Shown: positions 1 to 12,974 of the stretch, one piece after another | Layout: the number at the start of each line of letters is the position of its first letter | Position numbering within the stretch: the first letter of the stretch is position 1 | Source: Sphagnum compactum | Lineage: Eukaryota | Assembly (NCBI GenBank): GCA_965153455.1 | Contig: OZ234493.1 | Coordinates: forward strand, 8,918,213 to 8,982,212 | Length of the DNA stretch: 64,000 nucleotides | Direction: 5' to 3' | Position numbers and translations under genes: made by a program | Notes under the pieces: generated by a model | What the model saw: only the letters and a program-made list of their open reading frames with translations | Told to the model about the DNA's origin: nothing | The model's database searches: none

Positions 1-1714
1 CAACTAGTTGAGATTTGCATTGTAAGTTTAGAAAGGAAGATTCTAACTCATGGTTAAGAAGATGATATGTGTGTAATGTAGGGATGAAGGGGTTGAAGGC
101 CCAACCATAACGAGTAATGTCACTTGAATACGATTTGTTACCAATGTTCTTTTGCTCAAGTCAAATGAGTACACCACTAAGTATGAAACATTACTTGGCT
201 TTGTGTTTCCAAAATTTCAAATTGTGTCATAATAATATGAATGTACTCATTGTGTGGAACTAAATTTTACTTAACATGAGATCCACATTTAGTGGGGATT
301 AGGCGAACATTTTGTGAACAACCTACTACAAAGAATTACATTTGGTTGCAAATTAAAACAACCTTATAACCTTATAGCAAATGGTGATGATGACCAATCA
401 GCCCATAGTTATGTCAATCAAGTCCAACAAATTCACATTAGGTTTTAAAGGATTTATTCCATATTTTCATAGGGGAAAATAGACCCCCATGTAACAACTT
501 ATTTAATGACAATAGACAATATTAAAAATATAAATAGATGGGAAGATCTTTGGGTCCATCATTTTTCTAGTTCAAAAAATATGTAATCCAATGCATCATA
601 TCAGCTAAATTTGAATTTTTTTTATTGGAAAAAGAATTCTACTCCAACTTGGACTAATATTTTTGAAACAACTTGCATAGGTTTTATGCATGCTTGTGTT
701 TATGAATCTATGACATTTAAGGATATACAATTTATCATTTAATAAATATATTATGTCATGTGTTTTCAAAATTTAGGGTCTAAGGTCTCACTAAGAACTA
801 AGCATAAAAGTGGATGAATATGTTTCCATGTGGACATGTGTTAAAATGGTATAGATCAAATTATGCAACAAAGTGTCATGTTTTGTTTTCCTTGTGAATA
901 ATCTTTTTTTTCATGGGAACAATTGTGGATATAGTGCAAGGTTTGATAAGAAGGCTAAACCCAAGATGATATTCATGACAACCTACTCAACTTGCACACA
1001 TGACTTTTTCCTTCAATTACTTTATCTTTTGGGAGATAAATAAATAAGTGTTCTCTCTTTCAAGATATTTTATTTATCTACATAACCTGATCATGTCCTT
1101 TTTTCTTATTTACTTTTCATTTTCATTGGATTTCTTTGCAAAATTTTGATTGCATTTTTCTAGAAAACCCTTGACTTTGAAGTGTGAAATGTGATAGTTT
1201 TGCTACCCAATCTGTCTACAATTTTCCTTTTTTAATCCATCTTTTGTTGTCTAATTTGGTCATAAATTTGGTCCAATGTGGTTCATGTTGATTGAAATTT
1301 TGGATTATACTAGTTTATTGAGGTATGAAAATATTGGGGATGAAATGATAATTATAGTTAATTTGTGATCTAGTCATGATTTGTGCATTACTTATGTAAA
1401 ACCAAGCTTTGGTTATGTTATTTTTCAATGTCATTCACCTATAGTCTAGGGTATAATGCCTTGTTCATGTTTATAGTCCCCCACAACAAATTGATATTTA
1501 GGGCATGGAACATATAATCCAATTGCATGTTTTTTAGACATAATTATATAATGTAATCTTTGCACATAGTTGAAATTATTTTAAAATTTGAAGAATAAGG
1601 TGAATGTGATTGTGAAATTGAAACAAAAGATAAGTTGTTTACAAAAAGGTTCATTGTTTATGAATTTTGAGTGTGTTCTCAAAGTAGAATGACAATGGCA
1701 AGGTCAATGGTTTG

Positions 1715-2510
1715 GGGTGAAAGCACATTATGGTGACCCCTTTTTGGTTGTCAGATTATACTACTTTCTAGGGGTGTGCATGTTTGAATGTATCCCACCT
1801 CAAACTTTTGAAAAAATTTCATAATATTTTTGCATATTATGTTAGAATATAACTTAACAAGATATTAAAAAAGAAATTATTTCATTTCATTTTATAAAAT
1901 GGGAGATTAGAATATATTTTTGAAAACAAATGTGTACTTATGTACTAAAAAAGACAAATATATTCCAAAAAATCGTAAATGATTTTTAATATTATGAAAG
2001 GTGAAGGTATATTGAACCATATCGTTTCACATAATTTGAACCATGTTTGGATACCATGTAACTAATTTGAAATTTTTCATCTCAAAAAATGAATTTTTCC
2101 AACAAAGATGCAATACATCTAATAAATTGAAATTTTAACAAGTCATCACATTCATGTTGAAGATGAAAAGCATATCTAAATGGGTCATTTTTCAAATTTC
2201 ATTAAAATTGATTATTTTAATGATTAATGAAGCCCTAAAGTTACTGCAAAAGATGAAACAATGATTCTATTATACCAATGTGTACTATAAATATACTCGT
2301 GGATTTTTCAATATAGTTAACGAAATTTATTATTATTTTTTAAAAAAATTACACAACATCAGTTTTGTAAAACTAATAATTATAGGGCCCAAAAACCAAA
2401 ATTGATACCCAAAATTAAATGTACCATATTTTTGAACAATTATATTGTATGTACTATACTATAAGACCCAAAAGTGCTTCAAAGGGGGTCACCGTAGTGT
2501 GCTTTGACCC
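1715..2510. mobile_element. Non-autonomous TIR DNA transposon (796 bp), GGGT...ACCC ends, 4-bp TSD TTTG
   Basis: The left end GGGTGAAAGCACATTATGGTGACCCCTTTT (1715-1744) matches the reverse complement of 2481-2510, GGGTCAAAGCACACTACGGTGACCCCCTTT, at 26/30. TTTG lies immediately outside both ends (1711-1714, 2511-2514). The interior is AT-rich and non-coding. Confidence 0.8.
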
Positions 2511-3897
2511 TTTGGATGTGTCTTGACTTGTGTGATCCTTTGTAAGGTTTTTGGGCTTTATGAAGGTGGATTTTTTTTTTGCTACACTTAAGACATCATG
2601 CATGATTTATGCGAGAAGTTACATTATTGTCACAAACCAAAGGTTATGTTGGACTTATATTTTCTCCTTTGTTGAGAGCCTCAAATTTTTTATGGTGTTT
2701 TTTTTTGTAATATTGCTAATAATAAACTATGAATGTGCAAAAATATAAATTCAAGTATGAGCATTTGGGAGCAATTTCAGTGAATACATTGCAATATTGA
2801 AGATAAGTCCAAAGCTCCATGCATAGAATGCAAACAAAGGCCTAATTTGGCAAATACTTTCACAAATCAATTCCAAAAGTTTAACCTAACTTTCAACTAA
2901 AGGGGCAAAAGATTTAACGATTCAATTTCTAAAGAAAAAATGAAGCATATTTTCTATTGCAAACTAAACTTGGTTTTGCAAGCTAGCATATACACCTTTG
3001 TACTTGGAATGTAACATTATTGTTTCCTCTAGCAATCATAAACATTCAAATTCATATTGATTGCATGTAGTAGGGGGTTTGAAACATCCAAGCCTTCTGT
3101 TAAGCTTCCCAATTTATATATGGCTTGTGTTGAACTTTTGTTGCTTGTAGGAAAAGGGGTAGGGTAATGCATTCCCACCACAATGGACATAATTGCAAGG
3201 GTGTGGTGCAAGTTCAACTAATTTTGGATGTTTGATAGTAATTTTTGAGTGTGTAATGTTATTGATTTCATTAAGTGTTGAATGCATTGGATGGCAACAC
3301 AACATTGAGTTGTGGTTTTGTGTACCAAAAAAAAATTGAATATTGATCATTGAATAGTTATACATCACATATTGCTTAAGTGAATTAATCCATGATCTTA
3401 TTGTTGGTGTTCATAGTGAACAACATTCTTCTCATAACTCATTTGTTTGTTTACGGGTGTTGTGTTAGTTTTGTAAACATTGGCATTTAATGTTGACAAG
3501 GGAATTAAAAGTAAAGTAAACCTCCATAAGAATTGTAAACAAGGTATGAACCTAGCAATATGTCACAAATTTAGCATGAAGCTCAACATGGAGTCATGGA
3601 CACATGGTTATCAACATTATGGTTGATGACATTTACATTAAAAAACATTATGGTTTGTCAACACCCTTATGACAGTGGGGGTAGATGGTTTGTGAAACCC
3701 AACATGTTGTAACAAAGGCTAGATGTATAATTCATAAGATGTATACATGTTATATAGGTTGAATAGGTGGTTATATAATGTTATTCCACGTTGGGTAGGA
3801 CCTAAAAAGTCACTTCTTAGGGTGGGGTAAAACCCAAGTTCATATGTGAATAAGTAGATGATCCATTAGTTAACATGTGCATTATGTAATAGATTTG

Positions 3898-4659
3898 GGG
3901 TCCATTCACGATTGGGGTACCAAAAAGGAGTGTTTAATTAAAAAAGGATTGCAAACAACTTTGGATTTTTGTTTATCTTATATTATTATAATTGTAGTGG
4001 ATTGTTGTATGCCAATAGATAAAATGATGTCTTCTTAAATTAATAAAAGTATTTAAAAATAATTTGGATATTATGTAAATGTCATTTTGAGTCCTATAAA
4101 TTAAAGTAATCAAATGTTTAAAGTACTTTTTAAAAAAAGTAATCAAAAGGAATGCATAAAATCATACAATTAAAATCAAATTTTTTGTACATTGCCCCCT
4201 TTTATAAAAGTGCATGTTCATTGGATGAACGTGATGAAAAACCAAATCATACAAAAATTTCAAAATGTTGAAAATTTGAAGGAAAGGGTTACAAGGAAAA
4301 GGACTCATTTTTAAAACCATTTGATTAAAAAAATAGGTTCAATGGGTTCAAAATGTCTAGCTTTAAATGCTGGTAACATGTGTAGGAAATAATCTTGCCA
4401 AAAAACATGTTTGGTTGTCTATTAAAATTCAGTTTGGGATTTTCTAAGATTTTCTGTGTTTCTGGCATTAAACAAAAATATTCATACACAATTATGTATG
4501 AATGTGAAAAATCACCATCAACACATGAATTATCCTATATTGGACTATTCAATTTTTCTCACTTAAGTTTGTTCATGTAAATGTTATTTGTAAAAAGTAG
4601 TTTTAAAAAGTCCTTAGTCCTTTTTTTCCATTTTTGGTACCCCAACTATGAATGGACCC
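3898..4659. mobile_element. Non-autonomous TIR DNA transposon (762 bp), GGGT...ACCC ends, 4-bp TSD TTTG
   Basis: The left end GGGTCCATTCACGATTGGGGTACCAAAAA (3898-3926) matches the reverse complement of 4631-4659, GGGTCCATTCATAGTTGGGGTACCAAAAA, at 26/29. TTTG flanks both ends (3894-3897, 4660-4663). Confidence 0.8.
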
Positions 4660-7600
4660 TTTGTAAACACCACTTTGACATGATCGTGTCTAACAACAAA
4701 GGTGACTAATTGCCTACTTTATTTGGTCCAAATTACTTTGGTAGTTTCAATTCTATTCAATCATACCAATAAATACTTATTCATGTAGTCACATTGTGCA
4801 CCATGCAATGAAATTTGACAACATTGTAGAGTAGCATAAAATAGTAGCTTGAATCATAAATCAATTCAAAATCACCAGGTCACAAATAAGGTTACATATT
4901 AATTAGCATGATCACTTGTAAGTGAAGATGACAACCCCAATAATGTCGTGCATATTACAAAAAATCATGTTATTTATGATTACATTGAAGTGACCATGGC
5001 AACTTCCATGTCAATGTCATCAAACATGTGTAATTAAAAATGACACTAGCTATGTGTAAGTCACCATAACATGCAAGTGGAAAAAGGCACCCATGTATTA
5101 GTGAAGATATTGAAAGTTTGAAATCATTGCAACCACACATCAAAAGAAAGTGTAGGCATTACAATCACTCCAATGAATAGGGCAATGAAACTAGTTATCA
5201 TGGTGATGGGATGATGGCAATGCCTATGTGCAATAGTACACACCACATCAATAGTATCTCAAGTTAGGGGATGACTTGTAAGTGGATTTTGTCACTACAC
5301 AAATAGTCAACACTAAAATCATTCCAAAGTCACAATGTTAAGTTGTTGGTGTAAAGTGGTGTGATTGAAACCACTATAGGCTAGATGTAATATAGTGAAA
5401 AAAACAACTATGGTGAAGTTAACATCATCCACTTTTGTCACAGATAAACAAAATTAATTCAAATGTCCATTTTTTGATTTGCAAGTTAACTTGCTCACAT
5501 AATTTGAGATCAAGTAGTTAATTGAAAACTATAAATTTTTTGCATTGGGTGACTTCAAATATCAAAAAGCTTAATAGGCAACTGGTTTGAATGGAAATTT
5601 GCACTAGCATTTTGATTCAAAATATTTTGGTGATTATTTTTTTGGAACTTCAAATTATCCATGTCAACAACAATACTTGGAAAAATACTTAATGAAACTT
5701 GTGATTGTTTGAAACAACTAAATGGATTTAAACCAAAGTTTTTTAATCGACTTGGTTTTTTTTTCACTAAAACTAGACAATCTTACAATATTTGATGAAC
5801 TTTGTCCCATTTCATTAAAAACATTTGGGTGATGGAAAAACCCAAGAATTCTTTTTGGGATGGTTAAGTTCAATTTCTTATGAAAATGGTGATGGACATG
5901 AAAATGGTTCAATTCATGATATTGATAGATAAAATTTTTGGTCATAAATTATGTGAGGTTTCATATGTCTAAAATGATTATAAATTAACTTTAGTTTTTT
6001 TTTACCGTTGACAACTTTTATCCAATTTCCTTTTGGGCTACCTATCCATTCATAAACCATCCATGTTTTCCTTGTGATCCATAGTTGCAACAAGTAGCAC
6101 CATTGAATTTCCTAAAAATTTGTAAAAATTAGATGAAATGTTTGGTAAAGTTGAAAGACACACCAATTGTTTCAAGTAGTTGACTCATTTTTGAAAATGC
6201 ACATTGTTATTTGAATCTAGAAAGAGAAACACGTTTGGTTGGATGGGGTGTTGTCAAGTGTATACACCTCTTTCAATGTCCTGGCAAGTAGTCTTCCATG
6301 GTATTGGGGATTTGTCATGCACATGCAAATCATGTTAAACATATTGATTCCACCCACATCTCCTTTTGCTCTTATGAATGAACAATGGTATATTATTTAC
6401 AAGTGCCTTTACCACTATCTTGGTCAATGTATGAGATGTTCTTTTCATGCAATTGTAAAACACTTAAAAAAAAGTTTCCTAGTGTATTTGCAGGGCACCT
6501 TATACCTAGCAGTAGTTGTTTTGGCAAGAAGTTTGAGTAGTTCATTGCATTTCATGAAACATTTGAATTCATTTTCTATTTGCAAATGCCACAATCTTTC
6601 CTTTCTAGAAGGAAGTGACAACTACTTAGTTATGTGAATATGCCATTGTTAACCTTGAGTTAATCTTTTACCTTTTACCTGAGAGGTTAGTTATTTAGAA
6701 GGCATCCTAATAGTTTTGATTATTGAGAATTGTTATTTCCACTTTGGGGGGATAAGGCCCACTAATCTAGCTAACTTTTAGGGATGGTAGTTAAGAAGGC
6801 ACCTACCTTTAAAAAGGTGGTAGTTGGTTAATTAATTGTTTAGAAGGTAAAAGATAATTGGAAGAGAATTTAAAAGGACCAATTAGTTTATTGGGACTTC
6901 TAGTAATGTTTTTTTTAGGTATGGACTTGGGGAGGATTTAGGGGGTGGGAAGGCCCATTATTTTATCTCTTTCTCTTGTTGTATCATTCTAGATTTTTAG
7001 TTTGGAGTGTGGATTTTTCCTTTGTATTTCCCTCCCATCCTTTTTGTCCTATCCCTTCATTTTTTTTCCTTCTATTTATTTCATTGTTTTTCTTTGTTTT
7101 CTTTCTCTTTAAAGTTTTTTTTTGTTGATTACGGAACAAAAGAAGGGAAAGGTCAATTATCTTTAAATATACTTAAACTGGATTAGAAAGGAAATAAACA
7201 ATGGTGTTTATGACTAAACTTTCTTTTTTTATGGATTTATTTTAAAGTTCTAGTTTTTTATTTTGGTAGGCTGATAGGAAGGTGGGGCAATTAGTAGAAA
7301 AGTAAAGCAGAAAGTAAACATCCTTGGGAACAATTTATTTACATCTAAACTATGTATTTTCCACAAAATATATATTTTTTGAATGTATGTTAGTGTTATT
7401 ACCCTATGGCTAAATTTTGCTATAGGAGAATTACTGTACTTTTGTCTATTAATTATGTTATGGTCATTTCTTTGGTTGTCATTAACTTGTTGTCATATTG
7501 ATATTATTCATTTAGAGAATGGTAGTTAGGATGGGAAGGTAAGGTGTTGTCCATAGAACATTTTTTTCTTCTCCATATAGAACTTATTATCCTTATGTGA

Positions 7601-8249
7601 ATAATTGTAGTATAGTAAGAAAATTAATCAATTAGTTTTGTGGGTTTTTGATGTTATCATTCCCTAGTAATATTTTCTAGTTGAAGGTAATTATTAGTGA
7701 CCTAGTTGGGCACTATTTACAACAATCAATCTATGAGCTTTATAAGTTGCCCATACATTCATTTTTAATCAACATTTCTAATTTAAAACACGTAATTGAC
7801 CTTTAGGATAGATTCCACCCATCAATTTAAGTTTTTTAGGATCAAACATTTTCAAATGCATGTGATTGACAAATTTTCATTTAGATTTATAAAACAAAAC
7901 ACACAACATTACCATGCATAATGCATCCATGCAATACATGTATGCCAAATGATGCGAATGTTAAAAGTTAAATGCAAATGTCAATGTATTGTTACCCATG
8001 TTTTGGTATTGAAGAAAAATAGGAACACATCCAAGACTAAGATGAAAATCATCAATGTATATAAATATCATTTTCATATATCCATCCATTTAAGTTCAGT
8101 TTCACTAGAAGAAAAATTGGATTTTGTGAGTATTGTTTATGACTATATTTTAATTGCAAGTGACATATATGATTAAAATCCCCCTAGTCATGAAAATCAA
8201 GTTGGATGCGACCATATCACAAACACTATGAGAAATTGCGTCCGTTGAA

Positions 8250-9060
8250 ACCACACTACCTTGTATATTGAACCACACAAGAACATTTATATTTGCATTA
8301 TCCATTAACTAACAAAAGTTTCCAAGTAGATACACTTGTTCAAGAAGAAATGCATAGATCAACTTAGAACAACTACACGATATGAATTAACGTTAATTTC
8401 TCTCATATATTACCATAGAAAATTTGGAATCATCTAGAATCCCTCAAAATTCGTTCTTTAACATTAAATTTCCAAGACATTTTTGTAGATCAAAATTTAT
8501 CGGCATTTCAGGTACTATATTTAAATGAAACAAAAATACACATAAACCAAGAAGCATACAATGCTATATCACAAAAATTAAACATTTTGTCATGTTATGA
8601 CCAACATACAACAATGATGTTTTATGATACTATAATGTTTTTATCACAAACAACTTCAACAACAAATTTAGGTATTGAATTCATCACCGCATCATTTAAT
8701 AAAAATATATGAGAAGCTTAAGTCATATATATTTGTAGTTTATAAACCCCCAAAAATGAAAATAATATGTTTTAATTCAATTTTGGAAGCCATATTAAAA
8801 GATATGCCTAAAGATTTTCCAATTATTTTAATTGGAGATTTCAATATAGACATGTTAAAAAAAACCCTCAATCAACAACATTTCAAAACCTTATGGAAAA
8901 ATACAAATTGAAATTCATTTTTTTTGAAAGCACAACCATTAATAATACACAAATAAACCATATTTGGATTATTGCACCAACACAACAATGTCATTTGAAA
9001 GTAACAGAAGCCTACTGGATAGACCATAAACTTGTATATTTCACATTAAAATCATTGTAT
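8250..9060 (+). mobile_element. Degenerate Helitron2/Helentron-type coding relic: Pif1-helicase C-terminus followed by AP-like (EEP) endonuclease
   Basis: Frameshifted fragments in order: EHLYLHYPLTNKSFQVDTLVQEEMHR (8281-8358, helicase-tail-like), FQDIFVDQNLSAFQVLYLNETKI (from 8470), FVVYKPP, IILIGDFNID, STTINNTQINHIW and YWIDHKLVYF. These give EEP motifs LxET, YxPP, GDFN, (D)H and xDH in the expected order. Confidence 0.65.
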
Positions 9061-9386
9061 TATGTTCCCCAATTTTTTTACCATAAATATAAACCATTTA
9101 TGTTTGTTAAAAAAAATCCATCAATTGCCATTTAAATTGAAATTAAATTGTGAATAAATTTATGATTATAAAAAAAATTGAATATCAAAATTGTAAACCA
9201 AAAGAATTATTACAATATAATATAATACAACAACTCAAATAAACAAACACAAATAACAACAACAAATTCAGCTTTAAGTTACACACCTAGTTAATTACTC
9301 ACATCCTTATTTCAAAAAAATTGAATGAAATAAACAAGTAACACCTATATATACATACGAACATACTTACCTATCTACATATAAAT

Positions 9387-10343
9387 CTATTTATATAATT
9401 ATATTATTAAATAGGCAAGGCTTGTGTGTCATGACGCTTTGTTTTTCATTGCATTTCCCACCCCTTTCCCTTAGTTGTTTCCCCATTTTTGTTTTTTTTT
9501 TGAAGGTAGAGGGTTGTAGTTTTCACCTACTTGGCCCCTTGTGGTTTTTGCTTATTTGTTATTATTTCACCTCTTTTGGGTTAGCCCTCTCTTGTATTCT
9601 TTTTTTTTTTGTGTATTCCTTGATGTGTTTTTTTGTTCCCATTTCTAGTTGTTTTTCCTTATGCAAGTGGAGCTTATGTTTTCAATGTTGAAATTATTTT
9701 CACTATATAGGTTCAACATCCTTTCATTAAATTTGTTTGTTCATATTCGGATAATTTCTTAGCATGTGTAATTGTCATTGTAATACAATTTGAATAAATT
9801 GGAGTTCCACATTAATTTTTCCCATTGGTCTTTTCCAATCAAACATATTGCAACATGAAAGTGTCATTTAATGTTTTCTATTATACTTGACACAATAAAT
9901 AACATTAATTGTGATTGTTTTGTGACTTTTGTAGGGTAAATACATTTTAAGGTGGACCAAAAGTGGCATTTCATAGTCCCATTTTGAAAGTCCATATCCT
10001 TTGTATTTTGATTTTATTTTAAACTTTGTGAATTTGAAGTTTTTAAATTGATTCAAATGATGTTACATTTAACATTATTTTCATATTTAAATTCGGGCCA
10101 CCATTTTAAAAGCTTTAAATTTTTAAAAAATCAAAATTCTATTTAATTTTTTAAAAGTCAAATATGATTTGATATTTTCACAAATATGATTTTTTAACCT
10201 TAAGGATTATCAACTTTCAAACTATTATGACCCAAATTTTCAAAAACGTTATAAAAGCACATATTTAATTTTAGATGGACTAACACAATCCATATAAAAT
10301 CTTTTTAGGATGGACCATGCATTTGAATGAGCACTTGACACTA
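9387..10343 (+). mobile_element. Possible non-autonomous Helitron (degenerate)
   Basis: Starts A|TCTATTTATATAATTATATTATTAAATAGGCAAGG (TC start, AT-rich). Ends with an imperfect hairpin-like CCATGCATTTGAATGAG followed by ACACTAG. The hairpin is degenerate and the base after CTAG is G, not T. Confidence 0.3.
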
Positions 10344-11849
10344 GGAAAGCTTACGGCTATTTTAATTTATTAATTTATTATATTTATTATTTTAGGCTAT
10401 TAGTTTTAATGGTGGAATCTCGTGAATGATGACAATTTGGATCATCAAATTTTTTTTTTGGGGGGGGTACCTTCTCATTTTCCAAAAGCAATGGAAAAAG
10501 GCGAACTCAAATTACCAACACTCAAGAGTTTTTCCCCATCTGTATCCTAAATAACCGTAGCCTACGGTCGGTTTCCACATTGACCAAACAAATAATTAAT
10601 ATTTTTTTTCCAAAAATATTTTTAAAAAAAATTTGAAATTATATATATGTTTTTTTCATCATGTACTATAATATTGTGATATGAGTGATGAAATTATTAA
10701 AAACATTTGGGGGAGAATATTTTAATTTGCAAAGACCCTAAAATTTTCCCCTTTGCCAATTTGGCATCCCGGATGAATTCTGGGGGAAGGGGGGAGCTAC
10801 ATTCATCCCCACAAATTGCAAATGGCCCACTTTCCAAAAGCAATTAAAAAAAGGGGGGGGGGGAAAACAAATTACTGAGAACCTTATGAAAGAACCGGCG
10901 GGGGGGGGGGGGGGGGGGGAAAGATGGATGGATGCAGATCTAGAGACGCCTCAGGCGGAAGATAGTTGGACAGAAGAGACGCGTGGCCTGCCCATTTTTC
11001 ATTGGTCGAAAAATGAGGATTTTGGATGATGTAGGGCTTCAGGGAGCCTGATGAGTGGCTGGTCGTTCGTAAGGCGACTGAAAAAGGAAGTCCTTTTCAG
11101 CTCGCGCGGGGCGCCCTTGCTTCCTTCCTTCCTTGCTTGCTTGCTGCCGACAGTAGATGAGTTGCTGCTTGAAGGAATCCATTTTCAGCTCGCGCGTTGC
11201 TTGCTGCTGACAGGAAAGGAGCGAACGATCGCGACGCGAATCCCAGTAGTCCCTGTTGTTGTGTAAGTAAGCATGTAAGTAAGTAAGTAAGTATGATCGC
11301 TTTGCTATCGTTTGGATCTCTTGTCCTCTTGTGCATTGACTGTGGCTTTGTGATTTCCCCCGCCTCTCAAGGCTTTGGATCTTTTTTCCTGTTGCAGAGG
11401 CAGATTTTGTGGTTACGGATGTGGAGGCAGGTTTCTACAACTCTTTTGTTTTTGTTTTGTTTTGTTTTTTTTTTTTTTTTTGGGCGGTTCAAATTGGGTC
11501 TTCTTGCGAAAAATAGGCTCATTGCGAGGGTTGCAATGATTGAAGGAAAAGAGAAAATGGGTCCGAAAAAATGTGTTCAGTTTAGGCCTACTACGGTAGT
11601 CTGAGATTCAGCTCCGGTGGCCATCCAGGTGGACTGGAATAAATCAAGGACGGCGTCTTGAATGAGTCATCCAGCGAGCTTTACGGTTGCGGATGGGCTG
11701 TGTGGTGGGATTTTAGCGATGAGCCAGAACGAGGGTTTTCATTTGTCAGTTTGAAAGCACAAGAACTAGAGCAAGGTGAACTTCTAAACGGTTTGTCAAA
11801 CATTTGCTGAAAAGAACCTTCGCAATGCTGTAGTGGTTTCGCTCTATCG

Positions 11850-12470
11850 ACAGGATAGAGCGATTGCCGTAGAGAGACTGCAGAGAAATTTTTTTATCAT
11901 CTCTAACTGGACTGAGAGAGACATTGCAAAAGAATTCTTGATCTTTTCTATTCTACCAGCTCATTTCACCTGCAGTTGGGAATGCCACTCAAGGCAGCAA
12001 TAGAAGTGTCTCCAAAGCAGATTCAGGGTTAGGGTTTGAAATTGTTTCAATCAATCAATAGGATAGAGTTATTGCTGCAAAGAGACTGCAGAGTTTTTTA
12101 AAAAAATCTTCTCTAATGGGACTGAGAGAGATTACAAAGCAAATTCTTGATCTTTTCAGTGTTATCAGCTGATTTCACTTGCAGTTGGGAATGCCACTCA
12201 AGGCAGCATCGGACGTGTCTCCAAAGCAGATTCAGGGTTGGGGTTTGAAGTTGTTTCATTTGATCAACAGGTTAGAGCCATTGCTGCAGAGAGACTGCAG
12301 AGATTTTTTTTAATCGTCTCTAATGGGACTGAGAAACATTGCAAGAAAAAGATCTCAATCTTTTCTATGCTACCAGCTGATTTTGCCTGCAGTTGGGAAT
12401 GTCGCACAAGGCAGCACTGGAAGTGTCTCCAAATCATACTTAGGGTTAGGGTTTCCTTTTCTGACAATAA
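11850..12470. repeat. Three tandem copies of a ~208-209 bp unit within the predicted 5'UTR intron of the START gene
   Basis: The anchor GAGACTGCAGAG occurs at 11874, 12082 and 12291. Each unit also carries TGCAGTTGGGAATG, GTGTCTCCAAA and AGGGTT(A/G)GGGTTT. Confidence 0.9.
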
Positions 12471-12974
12471 GTAGAACCAGATTTGCTGTAACTCCTAACT
12501 TAGGTTCTCATATCTGACAGCTTTGTATTCCAGAGGCTGGTGCAGTGTGTGTATTGATGGAGAGTACAGAAAGATTCCTCAGCCACTCTGAGTGAACCCT
12601 TCTTGCTTGTCATTGGCTTTTATGGTTGTTCTGGTTTTTTCTGACTGTTGGCGAGAAATCTCTTCCATAGATATCCCAGTGGTCATCACCCCTTTAGGGT
12701 TAGAGCTTGGATGGGAATGACAATTAGGTAGGAAAAGGTACTGGAGTGGATGCTGCTCACAACTGCAACCTGATATGAGCTCAAGTCTTCATAACTTCAT
12801 GTGCACTAAGACTTAAGGTGGATTACAATTGGAAAGGATAGCTGAAGCATAGCTCTAGTTTCTAATTTGTAAAATGCTTTTGGTTGGGTTCAGATTGTCT
12901 TGGAGAGCTTTTCTTTGCAGTGTGTTGGTTTGAGGCAATTTTTTAAGCTCTGGTTTTGGAGCACAGAGCTGGGA

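Noticed and set aside
5500-7300. Possible LINE ORF1 or other TE relic on the minus strand; ORF 6239-6637 on the plus strand
   Set aside because: No diagnostic motif is recoverable. The plus-strand ORF has no recognisable features and a non-ATG start.
11850-12470. CRISPR-like array
   Set aside because: Whole ~209-bp units are homologous, with no unique spacers and no cas genes. The context is eukaryotic.
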